A stretch of 13,866 bases of DNA from Amoeboradix gromovi X-113 (taxonomy: Eukaryota > Fungi > Sanchytriomycota): the NCBI GenBank assembly GCA_018985225.1, contig JADGIF010000225.1, positions 1 through 13,866 of the forward strand, written 5' to 3'. The translations under genes were made by a program, and so were the position numbers. Position 1 is the stretch's first letter; each line of letters begins with the position of its first letter. Positions 9,465 to 13,866 of the stretch are shown here, piece by piece. The notes below the pieces were generated by a model. That model saw nothing but the letters and a program-made list of their open reading frames with translations. It ran no database searches and was not told the DNA's origin.

Positions 9465-9921
9465 GTCGTTGAATAAACTTTGTAAACTAAAATGAAAGAC
9501 TTACTGTGAAGATAAGACTTGGTTAATTGTTTTATAAGCGAATGAAATTGTGAGCTTACTGACTACTTCAGATTCACTAAAGCATCCTAATAAGATTTAA
9601 GTATAAACAAATTTGGTCACTTTTTTTAGATTTTCATATTTGATTCATTATATTATTCTACTTTTCATGAAGCTTGTAAATGTATGATTATGAAGTATTT
9701 ATTAAAAATGCAGCATATGTCTGCAAATATTAAGCGCAAGAATCATGTTCATCTGCTTTATCTAATGTGAATTAATTCTTATATCAGTAGACTTCATGCG
9801 TAATGAACAATTTGGAATGAGTTTCGTTTCTATCAAAAGGCAGATTACGTATTGCTTTTCATCGAATTTTTTCTATTATTAATGCTCGTTAATTTCAAAC
9901 GCGTCATCCTGATTTCAAAAA

Positions 9922-10740
9922 ATGAGCCAATATACGCAACTCTCAGATGAAGATATTCACAAATTAAAACTGGAGAGATTCTTTGGATTTCAACCTGATC
10001 TTAATTTGTGCTATATCGCTATAGCAGTATTGGGGTTGTTGACTGTAGTTTTAACTGCTCAAAACATTTGGATGATGGGTAAAAAAAAGTACTTATACAT
10101 GTATGTCTTGACAGGCAGTGGTCTTGCTGAAATAGCAGGTTATGTTGGTAGAATAGTCACGATTAATGATCCAACATTACCAAACTTCATTTTCATGGAT
10201 GTATTCTTGTTGCTTACTCCAATAGCTCTTGCATATTTTGAATATAAGACTGTTGGTAAACTTATGGTCAAGATTAAGCTAGAGAAAGCGTTTGGATTTA
10301 TTCCAGCAAAATGGGTGAGTCTTTTGTTTGTCTTTTCTGATTTTGTGTCGTTTGTTGTTCAAAGTGCTGCAGCCGGGTATCTAACAAGCGGAGATGAGAA
10401 TCTAGAGAAGATTGGAAAAGCTATTATGTTGACAGGCCTTGGAATTCAAATTGTGTTTTTCACATTCTTTTTCATTTTGATGACCCATGTTTTTATTAAA
10501 TCAAAAGGCATGTGGGTTCCGTTTTTATCGTTGTACATTCAAATGGGTTGTTTGTATACCCGCGGAGTGTACAGAATCATCGAATTCGCTTCCTCACATG
10601 ATTCCGAGGTGAATCAGCATGAGTACTATTTTTATATATTTGATTCTTTGATGATAACCATTTGCTTCGTTTCTTACATCGTATTTTATGCACCAAAGTT
10701 CTTGAATAAAGAATATAAGTCTGTTGTGTATCCATCTTAA
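9922..10740 (+). CDS. RTA1/Rsb1-family 7TM lipid-translocating exporter-like protein
   Basis: Family motifs EIAGYVGR, FVFSDFVSFVVQSAAAG, IMLTGLGIQ, RGVYRIIEF, HEYYFYIFDSLM. Confidence 0.9.
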   Translation: MSQYTQLSDEDIHKLKLERFFGFQPDLNLCYIAIAVLGLLTVVLTAQNIWMMGKKKYLYMYVLTGSGLAEIAGYVGRIVTINDPTLPNFIFMDVFLLLTPIALAYFEYKTVGKLMVKIKLEKAFGFIPAKWVSLLFVFSDFVSFVVQSAAAGYLTSGDENLEKIGKAIMLTGLGIQIVFFTFFFILMTHVFIKSKGMWVPFLSLYIQMGCLYTRGVYRIIEFASSHDSEVNQHEYYFYIFDSLMITICFVSYIVFYAPKFLNKEYKSVVYPS

Positions 10741-11002
10741 AAACAAAGTAAATTTATGTGAATTATATTCTTTCCAATTCTGCATTGACTCTAACAGTTC
10801 ATGTTAAAGAGATCAATGCCCACTGGTACTAGTAGATTCAGCGAATCTAGACGGTAGTCACGTACTCAAACAAGATTTATCTGAAAGATCATATAGTTTT
10901 ACAGCATTTATCCAGTTCATTTAGATCACATAAAGCGTTGATTCTTCATTGTGTATGCAATTACTAAACGAGTAAGCTTAAAATTGTTTGAGGTATCGTC
11001 TT

Positions 11003-12106
11003 TTATTGCTCGTCCTCACTGCTAAACACAATGTTAGAAGTATAAACTTTTTGCTTCTTGCTTGATTCACTAGCAGTATCCTGGACATCGGCTCCCTTTT
11101 CTAGCTCTTTCTCAAAATCATCAAATTCCTCAACTTTTTGATCATCAGCTACAATGAAATCGTCACCTTCATCATAATCTTCCTCCTCTTCTTCGTCACT
11201 GTAGTCTGCTTGGAAGTCTTCAACCTCATAGCCATCGTATGCCAAACCCTTGCTTTTGCGCTTCTCTAGTCTACGCTCTAATTTTTCCTTCTCTAATTCT
11301 ATTCTTTCTGCCTCTCTACCTGCAGCTTCAGGATCCTCATTTATTAGAATTTCCTTAGCGTTTGACACCGAGTTTGCTTTTTTGCGCCTCTGCTTTCGTG
11401 AAATTACACTAAATTTGCTGCCAAAATTCTGGTTTGACATGAAATATTTGTTTTCTATTTCATAAACGCAGTTGTATATCTCTTGCTCTTTTACTGACAT
11501 AAACATCTTCTGTTTATCTTTTACGCAATGTAAATCAAATAACTCATTACCGATTGCCATTGAGTAAGAACCATCTTCCCATTCCACTAACCGTGTATTG
11601 CTACAAATAACCTGACTTTTGTTAATTTCTTGATATCCCCAACGTATAGTTCCTAACGCTGACAATTCATCCTCGCCTTCAATATTGCCAGTATAACAAT
11701 TTGGGTCAATCTGGACACCTTTTACTAGTTTTATCTGACCAGCCATACTATTACCAATTAGAGGATATGGGTAAGATGGCAAAGTTACATGAATATCAAT
11801 GTCATCAGCGTCGTTTGATGACTGAGATTCTGCTACATGTTTAAAGTCCATTGAAATATCTTTCTGATGCACTACAGGGCTAGCTTCTTTCTCAATTTCA
11901 ATGTCGTCAATCTCCATAATATCATCGGCAGGTTCTGGTGCCGCTACAGCAGCACCAAAAATGGCATCTTCCAGAGAATCTGCTTTATTAGCACTCAGAT
12001 TATTTTTAACTGGAGAAGCTGCGTCATCTATTTGAGTGCCCCCAAACAAATCCTTCTCTTGATCATCTTCCACACCAAATAAATCCATTTCTTTGCTCTT
12101 GCTCAT
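11003..12106 (-). CDS. LEO1: RNA polymerase II-associated Paf1 complex subunit Leo1
   Basis: Leo1 core TIRW..SNTRLVEWEDGSYSMAIGNELFD; acidic N-terminus with DLFG repeats; acidic C-terminus. Confidence 0.88.
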   Translation of the reverse strand: MSKSKEMDLFGVEDDQEKDLFGGTQIDDAASPVKNNLSANKADSLEDAIFGAAVAAPEPADDIMEIDDIEIEKEASPVVHQKDISMDFKHVAESQSSNDADDIDIHVTLPSYPYPLIGNSMAGQIKLVKGVQIDPNCYTGNIEGEDELSALGTIRWGYQEINKSQVICSNTRLVEWEDGSYSMAIGNELFDLHCVKDKQKMFMSVKEQEIYNCVYEIENKYFMSNQNFGSKFSVISRKQRRKKANSVSNAKEILINEDPEAAGREAERIELEKEKLERRLEKRKSKGLAYDGYEVEDFQADYSDEEEEEDYDEGDDFIVADDQKVEEFDDFEKELEKGADVQDTASESSKKQKVYTSNIVFSSEDEQ

Positions 12107-12570
12107 CCCCTTGTGTTAAAAAGACAATTTCGAGCATTTCGGATTAGGTACCGAGTCTTAAGTTAAATGAAAATTAACGTTAAAATAGTGCAGTTCTGTG
12201 CAGTGATTAATTTGAAGTTGCAGTTTCTCAAGCCTGTAAAAATGAACATCTTGTTTTTCTTTTTCGTTACTGAAGCTAAAGGAAGCCCAAGTGATAAATA
12301 AGCTGAAAAGTCAAACAAAGTCCACAATCTGTTTTCGCAAAACAAATTTAAGTTTATAGCAAATTCAGTCTGCATTTCAGTTGCTGTTAGGCCATCAAAA
12401 GAATAATGACACCAATAAGTATTTATGCTTTTACTCGGCTGATTACTGCTGTTGATAAGCTAATGTCTAATAAATGGTTTGAATATAATTTCTGCAATGT
12501 TTGACTGACAATTTAATCCCGTGTAATAATTCAAAGGTTAAATCAAGGGGCTAGAAGCCAAACAGAGTCT

Positions 12571-13050
12571 ATGTCCATGTTTTTATGTCTCATATTAGTA
12601 TTTGGAGATGTCCTCGACTGGGATGTCAACTTCACAAAAACGATCGACTCATCAACTAAATCAAGCTGGTGTGCTCGTCAAGTTTACTCATGTAAGACAG
12701 TCTGTTATACGAGTGATGCCCCTGAGCCTAAGCAAAACACTTGCGACAGTGATACTTTGAATTACAAATGTGTTTGTGGAGATGGAGATGAGCCGAAGCT
12801 TGATATCTTTACTGATACAATTCCATTCTACCAATGCAATGAAGTTAAGAGTCGATGCCAACAAAACTGTGCAGGAAAATCAAACGAGCAATCATGTAAA
12901 TCTGATTGTTTTAACAAGTATCAGTGTGCCACAACCGCTCCGAATGCCGCTGACAGAATCCCTTTGAATGGTAAAAAGGCAGTCGTGGATATTAATTCCT
13001 CCCCTGTTCCGTCATTGTTTATAACAATTTTAACTTTATTTATTCAATAA
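12571..13050 (+). CDS. Small secreted cysteine-rich fungal protein, probably GPI-anchored
   Basis: Hydrophobic N-terminus; ten Cys in the pattern WC..Q...C...C..NTC..TLNYKCVC..TIPFYQC..C...C..C...C..C, which I recognise from conserved uncharacterised fungal extracellular proteins; C-terminal NSS plus hydrophobic tail. ATG 12577 is an alternative start. Confidence 0.75.
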   Translation: MSMFLCLILVFGDVLDWDVNFTKTIDSSTKSSWCARQVYSCKTVCYTSDAPEPKQNTCDSDTLNYKCVCGDGDEPKLDIFTDTIPFYQCNEVKSRCQQNCAGKSNEQSCKSDCFNKYQCATTAPNAADRIPLNGKKAVVDINSSPVPSLFITILTLFIQ

Positions 13051-13100
13051 ATTCTTATTTGTTTAATTAAGATTCTCGTTGCAATTTTTATGGTCGAGGT

Positions 13101-13545
13101 GGGACACCAAATATAAAAACTAGACCAAGTCGTCTTTAAAGTAGGTGCTCCATAAGGAGGAAATACTATTATTAATAAAAGTCCTTCTTTCAAACCAATT
13201 TTCTTTCATTAACATCATTCCTCTCTTTAAAATAAAACAAGATGTCCCACTATCTCTTTCAAATATATGAGATCTCTGAGTCTCTAAGCAAAAGGTGCAT
13301 TATCTACTACTTACCACTATTATCTTCCTTTTTCTTTTTCTTCTTACCACCTTCCGTATAACTTGTTTTTTGTTTTCTCTTCTTGTTGATCATTGTTTCT
13401 AAGATTTCGATGGATGAAAAGCATTTATGCTAAAATAATCTACTTGAACTGATCTGATTAATTTAATTTATTATCGGTTAATACAGTTGAAATAATGATT
13501 CAAACTGTATCAGAAAGTTAGTCTAGTCTTTATATTTGATGTCTC
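13101..13545 (-). mobile_element. 445-bp non-autonomous TIR element (MITE-like), putative Fanzor-element derivative
   Basis: 26-bp imperfect inverted termini: 13101-13126 GGGACACCAAATATAAAAACTAGACC vs reverse complement of 13520-13545 GAGACATCAAATATAAAGACTAGACT (22/26). The subterminal region is homologous to 1-153. No target-site duplication is discernible. Confidence 0.7.
13307..13393 (-). pseudogene. Short Lys-rich ORF inside the TIR element; possible 5' remnant of the element's protein gene
   Basis: MINKKRKQKTSYTEGGKKKKKKEDNSGK*, bipartite-NLS-like, starting ~150 bp inside the 13545 terminus with an AAACAATG context. Confidence 0.35.
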
Positions 13546-13591
13546 TTTTGCTAATCAAATCTCATAATTTAAACAAATCCTCAAGTACGTT

Positions 13592-13688
13592 TGGGACACA
13601 TTCTGTAGAAAGTAGACTGTGGGTAAAAAACGGGTGACGAGATTTACCCAGCTGAACTTTTCACAGTAGTGTCCCATATTTCTTCACC
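13592..13688 (-). ncRNA. Putative Fanzor omegaRNA scaffold (guide would continue into the flank below ~13593)
   Basis: Immediately 3' of the Fanzor stop. Nested stems 13669-76/13592-99 (8 bp), 13656-66/13603-13 (10 of 11 including G-U) and 13643-50/13620-27 (8 bp). Ends in the family terminal motif. Confidence 0.6.
13593..13618 (+). repeat. Putative right terminal inverted repeat of the Fanzor-encoding element
   Basis: GGGACACATTCTGTAGAAAGTAGACT aligns ungapped with the other three termini (18/26 to 13101-13126) and keeps the GGGACA-N14-TAGAC spacing. Confidence 0.6.
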
Positions 13689-13864
13689 TAGGCAATAGGC
13701 GAAACTACTTTATCAGTGATCCTTTGTTTCCAACCTGGTCTCTCACCATTCGCTAGCAAACTATCTACCACTTGAAGATTATTACAGCATGCATTCACAT
13801 CTCTGTCCACAACTACATCACAGTGGGTGCACTGGCGTAATCGAAGACCGTTTCTAGATGGAAT
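13688..13864 (-). CDS. Fanzor (eukaryotic TnpB-like RNA-guided RuvC nuclease), C-terminal 58 aa; 5' part lies outside the window
   Basis: Hand translation: IPSRNGLRLRQCTHCDVVVDRDVNACCNNLQVVDSLLANGERPGWKQRITDKVVSPIA*. Contains the zinc-ribbon CxxC, the RuvC-III DRDxNAxxN motif and the G-x-RP tail characteristic of TnpB/Fanzor. Confidence 0.85.
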   Translation of the reverse strand: MPSRNGLRLRQCTHCDVVVDRDVNACCNNLQVVDSLLANGERPGWKQRITDKVVSPIA

Positions 13865-13866
13865 GC

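Noticed and set aside
10833-10849. Small hairpin TAGATTC-AGC-GAATCTA between convergent RTA1 and LEO1
   Set aside because: An isolated 7-bp stem is expected by chance and has no other support.
12163-12459. Minus-strand open frame (~98 codons, 70 aa from ATG) between LEO1 and the Cys-rich gene
   Set aside because: No recognisable motif and no AATAAA at the stop; cannot be supported without homology or expression data.
167-13050. Reassigned stop codons (TAA/TAG = Gln as in some aphelids)
   Set aside because: Conserved genes are uninterrupted in the standard code and end at TAA/TAG, mostly followed by poly(A) signals.
154-13100. Whole gene block as cargo of one giant transposon
   Set aside because: The termini at 153 and 13101 belong to elements extending away from the block, and the genes are ordinary housekeeping loci.
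13120-13393. Spliced ORF using a 31-nt GTAAGT..TTAG intron after the Lys-rich stub, continuing ~54 codons
   Set aside because: The second-exon peptide resembles nothing I recognise and ends inside the TIR; the open frame is plausibly chance.

Overview
AT-rich, gene-dense, nearly intronless eukaryotic DNA in the standard genetic code, most consistent with an early-diverging (zoosporic-lineage) fungus with a compact genome. Host genes in order: divergent IFT20 (-), importin-11/Kap120 (+), multi-TM RGS protein (-), an unannotated 58-aa small ORF (-), 2xCBM18 + CE4 chitin/polysaccharide deacetylase (+), Fun30/SMARCAD1-like SNF2 ATPase split by a 22-nt GT-AG intron (+), RTA1-family protein (+), Leo1 (-) and a small secreted Cys-rich protein (+). 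The main find is absent from the ORF track. The right edge encodes, on the minus strand, the C-terminus of a TnpB/Fanzor-type RuvC nuclease (CxxC...DRDVNA...RP). It is followed by an ~85-nt hairpin ending in a 26-bp terminal-repeat motif (GGGACA-N14-TAGAC), the layout expected for a Fanzor omegaRNA. The same motif bounds an adjacent 445-bp non-autonomous element (13101-13545) and marks the end of a third copy that runs off the left edge (1-153). The host gene block therefore appears to sit between members of one putative Fanzor-carrying TIR transposon family.
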